Assembly (NCBI GenBank): GCA_036676765.1
Contig: JAKFCH010000282.1
Coordinates: forward strand, 45,340 to 109,339
Direction: 5' to 3'
Origin: Deltaproteobacteria bacterium
GTDB lineage: Bacteria > Myxococcota_A > UBA796 > SXON01
Length of the DNA stretch: 64,000 nt
Shown here: positions 53,035 to 62,011 of the stretch, one piece after another
Layout: each line of letters starts with the position of its first letter
How positions within the stretch are numbered: the first letter of the stretch is position 1
The notes under the pieces: generated by a model
What the model was told of the DNA's origin: nothing
Databases searched by the model: none
The model's input: the letters and a program-made list of their open reading frames with translations, nothing else
Position numbers and translations under genes: made by a program

Positions 53035-56000
53035 GAGGACACCTCGCCGGACGCGAGCGGGGCCTGCCAACGCGGGGGGGCGCCGGAGTCCGCGTCGTGG
53101 CGCGCGACGACCTCGTTGCGATCGTGGTCCACGCGGCACGCGCGGCTGAACTCGCACCAGCCGCAGCCCGCGCGATCGGGCCCGGCGAGGGTCGGATGGA
53201 AGACGCCCGCGTCGATCCGGGCGCCGGCGGCGGCGAGGTGGCCGCGGAGCGCGGCGCGCTCGGTGTCACCGAGGGACACCGCCTCCTTGTCGCCGACCCC
53301 GAGGGCGGCGAGGGTGTCGGGGACCCCCACCCACCCCGCGTGCCTCAGGAGCGCCGCCCCGCGGAGCTCCTGGTAGACGGCCGCGCCCGCGCCGTCCGGC
53401 GCCACGGCCTCGAGGTAGACGAACCCCTGGACCTTCAAGCCGGCGCGGACGTCGGCGGACTTCGGGGCGTGCCCGGTCTTGTAGTCGATGACGAGCGAGC
53501 CGCCGCCTTCGAGGCGATCGACGCGGTCGATGCGACCCTCCAGCGCGATCGGCCCCATCCGGAGGCCCTCGAACTTCTGCTCGGCGCCGTGCAGCCGCGT
53601 CGTGAGCGGGCTGTCGATCTCGGCGTCGAGCCAGGCGGCGAGGAGGCCCTTCGGGGCGTCGTCCACGAGGCCGGCGAGCCACCGCCTCCGGTGCCAGCCC
53701 GCGAGCGGCGCCACGAGCCCGGTCACGCCGGGATCCGCGGCGAGGCGGGCCTCTCCCGCCGCGTGGAGCGCGCGCGCGAGCGTGTCGCGCTCGGTGGGGC
53801 CGACGCGCAGGTGGGGGCGGCCCTCGCGACGCGCCCACCCGAGGAAGTCCTCCAGGATGCCGTGGAGGAGCCGCCCCTGATCGGGGCGCCCGAGGTCGGG
53901 GTCGAAGCTGTCCTCCGCGGCGAGGCGGAGGAGCTGGTCGTAGAAGTAGCGGGAGGGGCAGGCGAGGTAGGTCTCGAAGCGGGTGACGGCGAGGCGCGCC
54001 GGGGCCGCGGGCGGCTGATCGAGCACGCCGTCCCACGGGCCGAACCCCTCGACGTCCCGGCGGGCGTCCACCACCGCGGCGATGCGGTCGAGCCGGGCCG
54101 GATCCACCGCGAAGCCGCGCCACGCGCCCGCGGCCGCGCCGATGGCGCCGGCCTCTCCGAGCAGCGCGTCGAGCTCCGCGGGCGCAGCCGGGACGGACGG
54201 GACCACGCCCGGCTCCACCCGCTTCCGCAACGGGTGGCCTCCGACGTGGACCTCCAGCAGATCCTCCACCAGCGGCGAGACGGCGACGGGCCGATCGTCC
54301 CGCGTGGCGGGCCACGACAACGTGAGCGTGTGCCCCTCGGCCATGGCGTTCCGCAGGGCGGAGGCGAAGAGGTACCGGGCCTCGTCACCCGGGTCGAGGC
54401 GGTCGAGCGCGGAGCGGGCGACGCGGGAGAGGAGGAAGTCCTCGGCGGGGCGCGCGGGGAAGTCATCTGCCACGAGGCCGCCCACCCAGAGCCAGGGCGG
54501 GTGGATGCCCCGGAGCTCCAACATGCCGACCACCTGGACGCGGCGCGGCCCCACGTCGAGATCGCGCAGGCTCGCCGCCTCGATGCGCTCCTCGAGGAGG
54601 CGCGCGAGGCGGGCGGGCTCCCAGGCGCCGGGGTCGACGCTCGCGGCGTCCTTCGCGGCCTCGTCGACCGCGGCCAGGACGCGGCCCAGCGCGATCTGCG
54701 ACGCCGCCCGCGCCGCCGGATCCTCGGCCCGGCCCGCGTGGGCGACCAGCTCCCAGGCCTCGACGAGCCCGGCCAGCCGATCGCGCCACGCCGCCGGCGA
54801 CGAGGCCTCGGCGAGAGGCGCGAGGAGATCACACGCGGCGGCGAGCGCGGCGAGGGCGGGTTCGTGGCGCTCGAGATCCGCTTCGGGCAGGCGGGACCGC
54901 CACGTCGACGGGTGACCGCGCGGCACGCCCCGTTCGCGACACAGGCGCGCGAGCGCGAGGGCGTCGGCCCCGGTCATGGCCCCCACGAGGTCGCACGCGA
55001 GCACGGCGAGCAGGGGGGCCAGCGGGAAGCCCTCCGCGGCGCTCGACGCGGCCACGAGCACGACCTCGGCGGCGGGGCGGGCGCGCAGGGGGCGCCCGAC
55101 GGAGATCTCGACGGGGACACCGAGCTCGCCGAAGATCCGCCGCACGAGCGGGAGGTAGCCGGGGAGCCCGGGGAAGGCGACGCAGAGGTCCTCCGGGGCG
55201 GCGCCCTCGAGGAGCCGCGCCTTCACCGCGTGCGCGATGCCGCGCACCTCGGCGGCGGGATCGGCCCACCGCACGAGGCGGGGCACGGCGATGGCCTCGG
55301 CAGCGTCACCACCCTCGCGCTCGTCGGGATCCGCGTCGGTGTAGAGCCGGTCGGCGATGTCGGGGGGCTCGGCGGGGCCCGCCTCCTCGCCGGGGCCGAC
55401 GTCCCGGAGGCCGTCCCGCCCCGCGAGGACGAGGTCGGCCTCGCCCCCCTCCGCGACGAGCGAGGCGAACAGGGAGCGCCGGAAGGCGCGCGTGGCCTGG
55501 AAGGGGCGCAGCGGGAAGGCGACCGACTCGTCGTCGTCGTAGTCGAAGAACCGGCCGACCTCGGCCCCCCCGAGGTCGCGCCCGCTCTCGAACGAGAAGA
55601 CGGCGTGCACCCCGAGCGAGCTCCATGCTCGCGCGAGCCCGACGAGGACGCGGCGGCGGAGGGGGCTCGGGTGGAGCACGTCGTCGATCACGACGACGTG
55701 GGGGGTGGCGAGCCACTGGGTGAGGGCCACGCCGGGCCGCCCCAGGGACTCGGCGAGCTGCCGCAGGGCCTCCCCCAGCGGGCGGCGCGCCCGATCCGCG
55801 CCCAGGCGGGCGAGGAGCCGGGTGAGGAACCGCGCCAGCTCCGGCCGGGCGTCGAGGGGTGGGCGCTCCGCTTCGTCCCAGTCCGTCGCGAGCCGGGCGG
55901 CGGAGCGCGCGACACGCTCCGGATCGCCCAGGGCGAAGAGCCACGGGAACTCGCCGGGCTCGGCCAGGAGCAGGCGCTCGGCGACGAGGGCCGTGCCGCC

Positions 56001-56264
56001 GAGGGACCAGCACGCCCGGCCATCCCCGTGGCGCGTGGCGAGGTCCTCGAGCAGCTCGCTCGCGGTCATGACGGTGGGGAGGAACGCGGCGCCGTCCCGG
56101 TACTGGAGGAACTCGGCCTCGACCGTGCGGGCCTTGCGGACGGTGTCGGTGATGTAGAGGAAGTTGGGCCGGCCGTACCGATCCACCCCCGAGAGCTCCC
56201 CTCGGGCGATACCGCGCCGCCGACGGACGCGGGTCTTGCCGAGGAGGATCTGGATGCTGCCCAA
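53031..56264 (-). CDS. addB: AddB-type subunit with Fe-S-stapled PD-(D/E)XK nuclease domain
   Basis: Nuclease GRIDRVDRLEGGGSLVIDYKTG. Cysteines YLACPSRY and GCGWCEFSRAC (C...C-x2-C-x5-C). The N-terminal P-loop is degenerate (ILLGKTRV). The TTG start with GGAG 8 nt upstream is uncertain. Confidence 0.78.
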   Translation of the reverse strand: MGSIQILLGKTRVRRRRGIARGELSGVDRYGRPNFLYITDTVRKARTVEAEFLQYRDGAAFLPTVMTASELLEDLATRHGDGRACWSLGGTALVAERLLLAEPGEFPWLFALGDPERVARSAARLATDWDEAERPPLDARPELARFLTRLLARLGADRARRPLGEALRQLAESLGRPGVALTQWLATPHVVVIDDVLHPSPLRRRVLVGLARAWSSLGVHAVFSFESGRDLGGAEVGRFFDYDDDESVAFPLRPFQATRAFRRSLFASLVAEGGEADLVLAGRDGLRDVGPGEEAGPAEPPDIADRLYTDADPDEREGGDAAEAIAVPRLVRWADPAAEVRGIAHAVKARLLEGAAPEDLCVAFPGLPGYLPLVRRIFGELGVPVEISVGRPLRARPAAEVVLVAASSAAEGFPLAPLLAVLACDLVGAMTGADALALARLCRERGVPRGHPSTWRSRLPEADLERHEPALAALAAACDLLAPLAEASSPAAWRDRLAGLVEAWELVAHAGRAEDPAARAASQIALGRVLAAVDEAAKDAASVDPGAWEPARLARLLEERIEAASLRDLDVGPRRVQVVGMLELRGIHPPWLWVGGLVADDFPARPAEDFLLSRVARSALDRLDPGDEARYLFASALRNAMAEGHTLTLSWPATRDDRPVAVSPLVEDLLEVHVGGHPLRKRVEPGVVPSVPAAPAELDALLGEAGAIGAAAGAWRGFAVDPARLDRIAAVVDARRDVEGFGPWDGVLDQPPAAPARLAVTRFETYLACPSRYFYDQLLRLAAEDSFDPDLGRPDQGRLLHGILEDFLGWARREGRPHLRVGPTERDTLARALHAAGEARLAADPGVTGLVAPLAGWHRRRWLAGLVDDAPKGLLAAWLDAEIDSPLTTRLHGAEQKFEGLRMGPIALEGRIDRVDRLEGGGSLVIDYKTGHAPKSADVRAGLKVQGFVYLEAVAPDGAGAAVYQELRGAALLRHAGWVGVPDTLAALGVGDKEAVSLGDTERAALRGHLAAAGARIDAGVFHPTLAGPDRAGCGWCEFSRACRVDHDRNEVVARHDADSGAPPRWQAPLASGEVSS

Positions 56265-56390
56265 CGCTGGCTCCGGGGGGAGCAGAAGATACCGTGAAGG
56301 GGGGACAGAATTTGTCCGCGCACGCGGACGAAGGATGGCGGAGGCCGACGGCCGGAGGCCCGGGATTAGCTCAGATGCAGGGGTTGCAGA

Positions 56391-58583
56391 GTGGACGTGC
56401 GCCTTTGGCTGTCCGAGGAGCCGCGGCGGGGGCCGAGGCTCCTGCTCGCCTGCAACGTGCTGCTCGTCGTGCTCGCGGCGCTGAGCGTCGCGCGCTTCGA
56501 TCGTTCGCGCGACGAGCAACGCCTCCTCCGCCGGGTCGAGGTCGCGCACGGCACCCTGCAGGAGCGGGTCGAGGTCACCGTCGCCTTGCTCCGGGGACTC
56601 CTCGGGTTCTTCGAGGCGAGCGTGCGGGTGGAGCCCCACGAGTTCCAGGCCTACGTCGAGCCCCTCACCATCCGGGAGCGGTATCCCAGCATCCTCGGCC
56701 TCGGCTACGCGACGTACGTCCGCGCCGAGGGCCAGCCCGCCCTGGTCGACCGCATGCGGGCCGCGGGGGAGCAGAACTTCCGAGTCTGGCCCTCGCCCAC
56801 GACCGATTGGTCCGCGGTGATCGTCTACCTGGAGCCGCGCGATCGCGGGAACCAGGCCGCCGTCGGCTTCGACATGTGGAGCGAAGCGGCGCGACGGGAG
56901 GCCATGTCGACGGCCCGGGACAGCGGGGAGGCGGCCGCGTCCACCATCGTGACGCTGGTGCAGGAGGAGGGGGCGGTCGGGAGCGGCTTCCTCATCTACC
57001 TGCCGCACTACGACACCAACGTGCCCCTCGCCACGGTGGCGGAGCGACGCGACCGCCTCGTGGGGTTCGTCTACGCCCCCCTTCGCGTCCGCGAGTTCGT
57101 CAGGCCGGCCCTGAGAGCCAGCCAGGACCTGGCAGTCCGCGTCTACTCCGGCCCCGACCCGGCGACCGCCGACCTCCTCTACGACCTGTCCGCCGAGCAT
57201 CCGTGGGGGAGCCCGTTACGGCGCGAGCTCCACATCGCCGGCCAGACCTGGACCCTCTTCTACCAATTCCGGGCGCCTCCGAACGACTGGTGGCAGTCCC
57301 CCGCGATGCCCGTCCTGTTGACCGGGCTCGTCTTCGCGGGCTTGTTCTACCGGTTCCAGGGCCTCCAGCTCGAAGCGCGGCTCCGCGCCGAGCGCCACGC
57401 CGAGGCGCTCCGGCTCGGGGAGCAGCGCTACCGCTTCCTCGCCGAGGCGATGCCGCAGGTGGTGTTCACCGCCGGCCGTGACGGGCGGGTCACCTACGTG
57501 AACCGGGCCTCGAGCGGCCTGGTCAAGGGCGAGTCGCTCGTGACGGGCCTCGCGCCGCACCTGGACGCCGACGCGCGGGAGGCGGTGGCGGCCAGCTGGG
57601 ATCGCGCCGTGCGCACGGGGGAGGACTGGCACATGACCTTCGTGCTCGAGCAGGAGGGCCGGCGGCGGTGGCACCTCTGCCAGGCGGTCGCCCAGTGGCG
57701 TCACGGCGAGATCGTGGAGTGGGTCGGCACGCTGACGGACATCGAGGTCCAGAAGCAGGCGGAAGCCGCGCTGAAGCAGGAGGCCGACGAGCTGGAGGCG
57801 CGCGTGGCCGAGCGCACCGACGAGCTCCGGCGCACCAATCGCGAACTGGAGAACTACGCCGCGGTCGCGTCGCACGACCTGCAGGAGCCCCTCCGGAAGA
57901 TCGTGGCCTTCGGCGACCGCCTCGCCGACGCGCTGGGGCCCGACATCAACCCCGCCGCCGCCGACTCGCTCACTCGCATGCGCCGCTCCGCCCAGCGCCT
58001 CCAGCAGCTCATCAGCGATCTGCTCGCCTTCGCGCGGATCAGCAGCGCCGAGGTCGTCGCCACGCCGGTCGACCTCGCGCGCCTCGCCCACGTCGTCGCC
58101 GCCGACCTCCTCGAGGGCCACCCCGAACACGCGTCCGTCGACGTGCGGGCCATCCCCCTCGCGTGCGGCGATCCCGGCCTGCTGCGGCAACTGTTGGAGA
58201 ACCTGCTCGGCAATGCCATCAAGTTCCGTAGACACGGCGAGGCGGCTCGCGTGGTCGTGCGTGCCGAGGACGCGGGCGACGAGGTTGGCGACGAGCGACG
58301 GCCCGCGTTCTTCCGCCTGCTCGTGGAGGACGAGGGGATTGGCTTCGATCCCAAGTACCTCGACCGGATCTTCCAGATGTTCCAGCGCCTCCATCCGCTC
58401 GACCGCTACGAGGGGACCGGGATCGGCCTCGCGATCTGCCAGCGCGTGGCGGAGCTTCACGAGGGACGAATCACGGCGCGGATGATCCCCGGCAAGGGGG
58501 CATGCTTCGTCGTCACGTTGCCGCGGGCCCCCACGGGGGCAACTCCGGATCGGGGGGGCATCGAATGCGGACCGCTGGGCTGA
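56391..58583 (+). CDS. CHASE-domain sensor histidine kinase (CHASE, TM, PAS, HisKA, HATPase)
   Basis: TM LLLACNVLLVVLAALSV. CHASE-like ILGLGYATYV...VIVYLEPRDRGNQAAVGFDMWSE. H-box SHDLQEPLRKI and G-box GTGIGLAICQRV. Confidence 0.85.
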   Translation: MDVRLWLSEEPRRGPRLLLACNVLLVVLAALSVARFDRSRDEQRLLRRVEVAHGTLQERVEVTVALLRGLLGFFEASVRVEPHEFQAYVEPLTIRERYPSILGLGYATYVRAEGQPALVDRMRAAGEQNFRVWPSPTTDWSAVIVYLEPRDRGNQAAVGFDMWSEAARREAMSTARDSGEAAASTIVTLVQEEGAVGSGFLIYLPHYDTNVPLATVAERRDRLVGFVYAPLRVREFVRPALRASQDLAVRVYSGPDPATADLLYDLSAEHPWGSPLRRELHIAGQTWTLFYQFRAPPNDWWQSPAMPVLLTGLVFAGLFYRFQGLQLEARLRAERHAEALRLGEQRYRFLAEAMPQVVFTAGRDGRVTYVNRASSGLVKGESLVTGLAPHLDADAREAVAASWDRAVRTGEDWHMTFVLEQEGRRRWHLCQAVAQWRHGEIVEWVGTLTDIEVQKQAEAALKQEADELEARVAERTDELRRTNRELENYAAVASHDLQEPLRKIVAFGDRLADALGPDINPAAADSLTRMRRSAQRLQQLISDLLAFARISSAEVVATPVDLARLAHVVAADLLEGHPEHASVDVRAIPLACGDPGLLRQLLENLLGNAIKFRRHGEAARVVVRAEDAGDEVGDERRPAFFRLLVEDEGIGFDPKYLDRIFQMFQRLHPLDRYEGTGIGLAICQRVAELHEGRITARMIPGKGACFVVTLPRAPTGATPDRGGIECGPLG

Positions 58584-58999
58584 TCCTCCTCGGCGAGGAC
58601 GATCCCGACGATCGGGTCCTCCTCGAGCACGCCTTCCACGCGACCGGCTCGGCGCGGACGCTCGTCTTCGTGGACGACGGTGAGGACCTCATGGACTTCC
58701 TGACCGGGCGCGGTCGGCATGTCGGGGCCCGGAGCCCGGACCTCGTCCTGCTCGACCTGAACATGCCCCGGAAGGACGGATGGGAGGCCCTCACGGAGAT
58801 CCGGGCGGACCCGCTCCTCCGCCGCATCCCGGTCGTCGTGCTCTCCACCAGCAGCGCCGCCCAGGACGTCCGCCGCGCCTACGAGCTCGGCGCCAACAGC
58901 TTCGTCACCAAGCCGGTCAACTTCGACGCCCTGGTGCGCGTGGTCCGGACGATCGACGCCTACTGGTTCGGCACGGTCGCCCTGCCGACGACCGGGTGA
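58565..58999 (+). CDS. Single-domain response regulator (Rcp1-like)
   Basis: LILLGEDDPDD...LVLLDLNMPRKDG...VVVLSTS...VTKP. Starts at the internal ATG and overlaps the kinase end by 19 nt. Confidence 0.85.
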   Translation: MRTAGLILLGEDDPDDRVLLEHAFHATGSARTLVFVDDGEDLMDFLTGRGRHVGARSPDLVLLDLNMPRKDGWEALTEIRADPLLRRIPVVVLSTSSAAQDVRRAYELGANSFVTKPVNFDALVRVVRTIDAYWFGTVALPTTG

Positions 59000-59008
59000 G
59001 CGGGGCCG

Positions 59009-61063
59009 TCAGCGCACGAGCCCGCGGAACACCTCGGGCAACCGCGCGGGGAGGGCGTCCACGGCGTCGAGCTTCAGGAAGCGGCCGGCGCCGAAGATCT
59101 CGGTGAGGTAGCTGTCCGCGCCCTCGTTCGGATCGAGGCTGATGCAGTGCACGTGGACGCCGAGCCGACGCACTTCCGTCACCGCCATCGCGGTGTCGCG
59201 GATCCCCTGGCGGCCGCGGTACTCGCCCCGGTCCTCCGGCTTGCCGTCCGAGACCACGAGCAGCACCCGGCGGGCCTGGGGGCGGCTCCCGAGCAGCCAC
59301 CCGGCGTGGCGCAGGTAGGCGCCGAGGCGGGTCGCGCCGTTCGGGCGGAGGTTCCCCATGCGCTTGTAGACGGGGTCGCCATAGCCCTCGTCGAAGCCCT
59401 TGATGCGCTGGAGCTGGCACTCCTGGGGGTGGGTGTTCCCGAACCCGTAGAAGGCGTGAGGGAACCCGAGCGTCCGGAGCCCCTCGGCGAACAGCACGAT
59501 GGCCTCCTGCTCGAGGTGGATGACGTGCCCCTGGGTGGACCCCGAGAGGTCGACCAGCGTGAGGATCGCGACCGTCTGGCGCTGCCGCACGTAGCGCTTG
59601 TAGACGCGCTCGTCGGGTTGCCGACCAGCACGGATGTCGGTGAGCGCACTGATGGCCCGGTTCATGTCGAGCTCGCTGCCGTCGGGCTGTCCGTGCAGCC
59701 AGCGCTCCTCGACCCGCAGGGCCTCGAAGCGCCGCCGGATCTCCTTGATCTGGCGCTGGTTCGCCGCGACCACCTTCTCGTAGCCGCCGAGCGGGCCGGT
59801 CGCCGCCTCCACCTCGGTGACCTTGACCGCCGCGAACCGGTAGACGCCCGCGGCGTCGTCCCACTCGTCGTACTCCCGCGACCCGTCGGCGCCCGGCTTC
59901 GGCGGCGCCTCGAGGAGATCGTCCTCCGGGCGGGACGCGGCGGCGGCGCGGGCCTGCTCGACGTGCTCGTCCCGGAGGGCCCCGTAGGCGGGGGCCGTGG
60001 CGGAGGTGTCGGGCCCGGAGATCCGCGCCAGCAGCCGTGCGCGGAGGCCGCGACGCGGCGCCTCCGGGGTGGGAGGCGGCGGCAGCGCCGACCCCTTGTT
60101 GCGCGCCATCGCCTCGAGGAGCTGGCGCAGCGGCTTGTTGCCCTTCTTCCACTCCTGCTCGTAGGCGATGTCGCGCGCGAGGTCGGCGAGGATCCACTCG
60201 GGGCGGATGATGCCGACGAACCAGGGGAGGGGAGGCGGGCCGAGTCGCAAGCGGTGGAAGTGCTCGCGGAGGGTGCGGGCCTCGCGGAGGAGGAGGGTCG
60301 CTACGCCAGGGGGGGGCGTAGCGGGGGGGGCGGAAGCCCCCCCTGCCCCATGAACACCCAGCGCATCCACCACCCGGATGGCCCGCCGCGCGGGATCCCC
60401 CTCCGGGCCCGGCTCGCGCCAGTTCAGGCAGGTGGCGAGGCCGTCGTAGAGGGGGACGAACGCGCCCGGCATGCCGTCGCGCGGCACGGTGGTCACGTTC
60501 ACGCGCATGGAGCCGGCCTTGTCGAGCACGGCCACGCGGCGCAGATCGTCGCGAAGGCCGGGGTACTCGTCACCCCAGCGGCGCAGCACGTAGCGGGCGG
60601 CGAGCAGGTGGAACGCGCTCCGCAGCACCCAGTCGCGATGGAGCTCGGCGAGCACGGCGCGATCCTCGAGGAGGCCGTGCCGCAGGAACCCGACCTGGAC
60701 GAGCGCCATCGCGCGGTAGAGCAGCAGGTCCTGCTCGTAGCTCTCGGGCGCGGGGACGGCCTTCGGCAGGTAGATGTTCAGGTTGTCCGTGGCCGGCGGA
60801 TCGCTGTAGGCGACGGAGAACGTGCGCCCCGACAACATCCGCAACAGCGCGGTGAGCTGCTTGACGACCCGATCGAGGGCGAGCCCGTTGCGCTCGCCGC
60901 CGATGGCCTGGCGCTTCGGCGGCTCGAACAGGAAGCGCGCCAACAGCGCAGCCTCCGCGTCGTCGTCGGTCGCGTCGGCGAGCCCGAGATCCGCCGCGGT
61001 GAGGCCGTACTCGGCCAGCGTCTCCGCGAGCGTGTCCTCCCCGGAGACGGTGGGCGCGCCCAT
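59009..61063 (-). CDS. CbbO/NorD-like VWA protein (pair 2)
   Basis: MIDAS LVDLSGSTQ, FGNTHPQEC, PNGATRLGAYLRHA and VVSDGKPED. Starts 3 nt after the upstream ATPase stop. Confidence 0.8.
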   Translation of the reverse strand: MGAPTVSGEDTLAETLAEYGLTAADLGLADATDDDAEAALLARFLFEPPKRQAIGGERNGLALDRVVKQLTALLRMLSGRTFSVAYSDPPATDNLNIYLPKAVPAPESYEQDLLLYRAMALVQVGFLRHGLLEDRAVLAELHRDWVLRSAFHLLAARYVLRRWGDEYPGLRDDLRRVAVLDKAGSMRVNVTTVPRDGMPGAFVPLYDGLATCLNWREPGPEGDPARRAIRVVDALGVHGAGGASAPPATPPPGVATLLLREARTLREHFHRLRLGPPPLPWFVGIIRPEWILADLARDIAYEQEWKKGNKPLRQLLEAMARNKGSALPPPPTPEAPRRGLRARLLARISGPDTSATAPAYGALRDEHVEQARAAAASRPEDDLLEAPPKPGADGSREYDEWDDAAGVYRFAAVKVTEVEAATGPLGGYEKVVAANQRQIKEIRRRFEALRVEERWLHGQPDGSELDMNRAISALTDIRAGRQPDERVYKRYVRQRQTVAILTLVDLSGSTQGHVIHLEQEAIVLFAEGLRTLGFPHAFYGFGNTHPQECQLQRIKGFDEGYGDPVYKRMGNLRPNGATRLGAYLRHAGWLLGSRPQARRVLLVVSDGKPEDRGEYRGRQGIRDTAMAVTEVRRLGVHVHCISLDPNEGADSYLTEIFGAGRFLKLDAVDALPARLPEVFRGLVR

Positions 61064-61066
61064 GGC

Positions 61067-61837
61067 CTACCCCAACACCGAGCGCACGAGCTCGCGGAGC
61101 GCCTTGGTCATCTCCACGTCGTCCGTCAGCGAGCCGACGAGCGTGGCCTCCGCGGCTTCCTTCAGCGAGAGGCCGGCCACGACGAGCGTGGCCGCGTACA
61201 CGAGGAGGCGGGTCGACGCGCCCTCGCCGAGCCCGTGGGCGCGCAGGTTGCGGGAGCCCTGGCCGAGCTTCACGAGGGTCTGCGCGATCTCCGCCGTGCA
61301 CCCGGCCTCCGCCTGCACGATCTCCGCCTCGACGCCCGCGGTCGGGTAGTCGAACGCGAGCGACACGAACCGCTGGCGCGTGCTCTCCTTGAGCTCCTTC
61401 GACACCGACTGGTAGCCGGGGTTGTAGGAGATGACGACGAGGAAGGGATCGGGCGCGACGAGCTCCTCGCCGGTGCGATCGAGGGGGAGCACCCGCCGAT
61501 CGTCGGTGAGGGGGTGGAGCACGGTCATCACGTCGGCGCGGGCCTCCACCACCTCGTCGAGGTAGCAGATCGCGCCCTCGCGGACGGCGCGGGTGAGCGG
61601 ACCGTCCCGCCACACGGTGGAGCCGCCCTCGAGCAGGAAGCGCCCGGTGAGGTCGGCCGCGGCGAGATCCTCCTGGCACGCGACGGTGATCAGCGGGCGC
61701 CCGAGCTGCTCCGCCATGTAGCGGACGAACCGTGTCTTTCCGCAGCCGGTCGGCCCCTTGAGCAGGATGGGCAGCTTGCGCGCCGCGGCGACGCGGAACA
61801 CCTCGACCTCGTTGCCGTGCGGTCGGTAGTAGATCAT
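61067..61837 (-). CDS. CbbQ/NirQ/NorQ-family AAA+ ATPase (pair 2)
   Basis: Walker [14 protein letters not shown], Walker [11 protein letters not shown] and [22 protein letters not shown]. Clear paralog of 44969..45781. Confidence 0.9.
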   Translation of the reverse strand: MIYYRPHGNEVEVFRVAAARKLPILLKGPTGCGKTRFVRYMAEQLGRPLITVACQEDLAAADLTGRFLLEGGSTVWRDGPLTRAVREGAICYLDEVVEARADVMTVLHPLTDDRRVLPLDRTGEELVAPDPFLVVISYNPGYQSVSKELKESTRQRFVSLAFDYPTAGVEAEIVQAEAGCTAEIAQTLVKLGQGSRNLRAHGLGEGASTRLLVYAATLVVAGLSLKEAAEATLVGSLTDDVEMTKALRELVRSVLG

Positions 61838-61903
61838 CGTCCGAGGTTACCGCGAACCGGGGCGCGGTGCCGCATGTTCCACCCGCCCCGGTGCCCGCGT
61901 TTG

Positions 61904-61984
61904 CTACGCGGTGCGGAACCCGCCCACGATCGTCTTGCTGTCACCCGTGATGCCGCCGGCCCGAATCTTGGAGCGAACCTTCAT
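61904..61984 (-). CDS. Candidate 26-aa micro-ORF (MKVRSKIRAGGITGDSKTIVGGFRTA)
   Basis: The ATG is preceded by AGGAG with a 6-nt spacer. 22 of 25 sense codons after the ATG end in G or C. It lies 27 nt after the membrane-protein stop and 66 nt before the norQ-like start. Below the ORF-track size cutoff. Confidence 0.3.
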   Translation of the reverse strand: MKVRSKIRAGGITGDSKTIVGGFRTA

Positions 61985-62011
61985 CTCGAACTCCTGGAGT
62001 GGAACGCGCGT

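Noticed and set aside
61904-61984. Micro-ORF interpreted as a lasso-peptide/RiPP precursor or as ribosomal protein L36 (shared MKVR start)
   Set aside because: No cyclase, protease or other RiPP maturation genes are nearby. The leader would be only ~8 aa and lacks the conserved Thr at position -2. L36 has conserved Cys/His zinc ligands and a different length, and none are present here.
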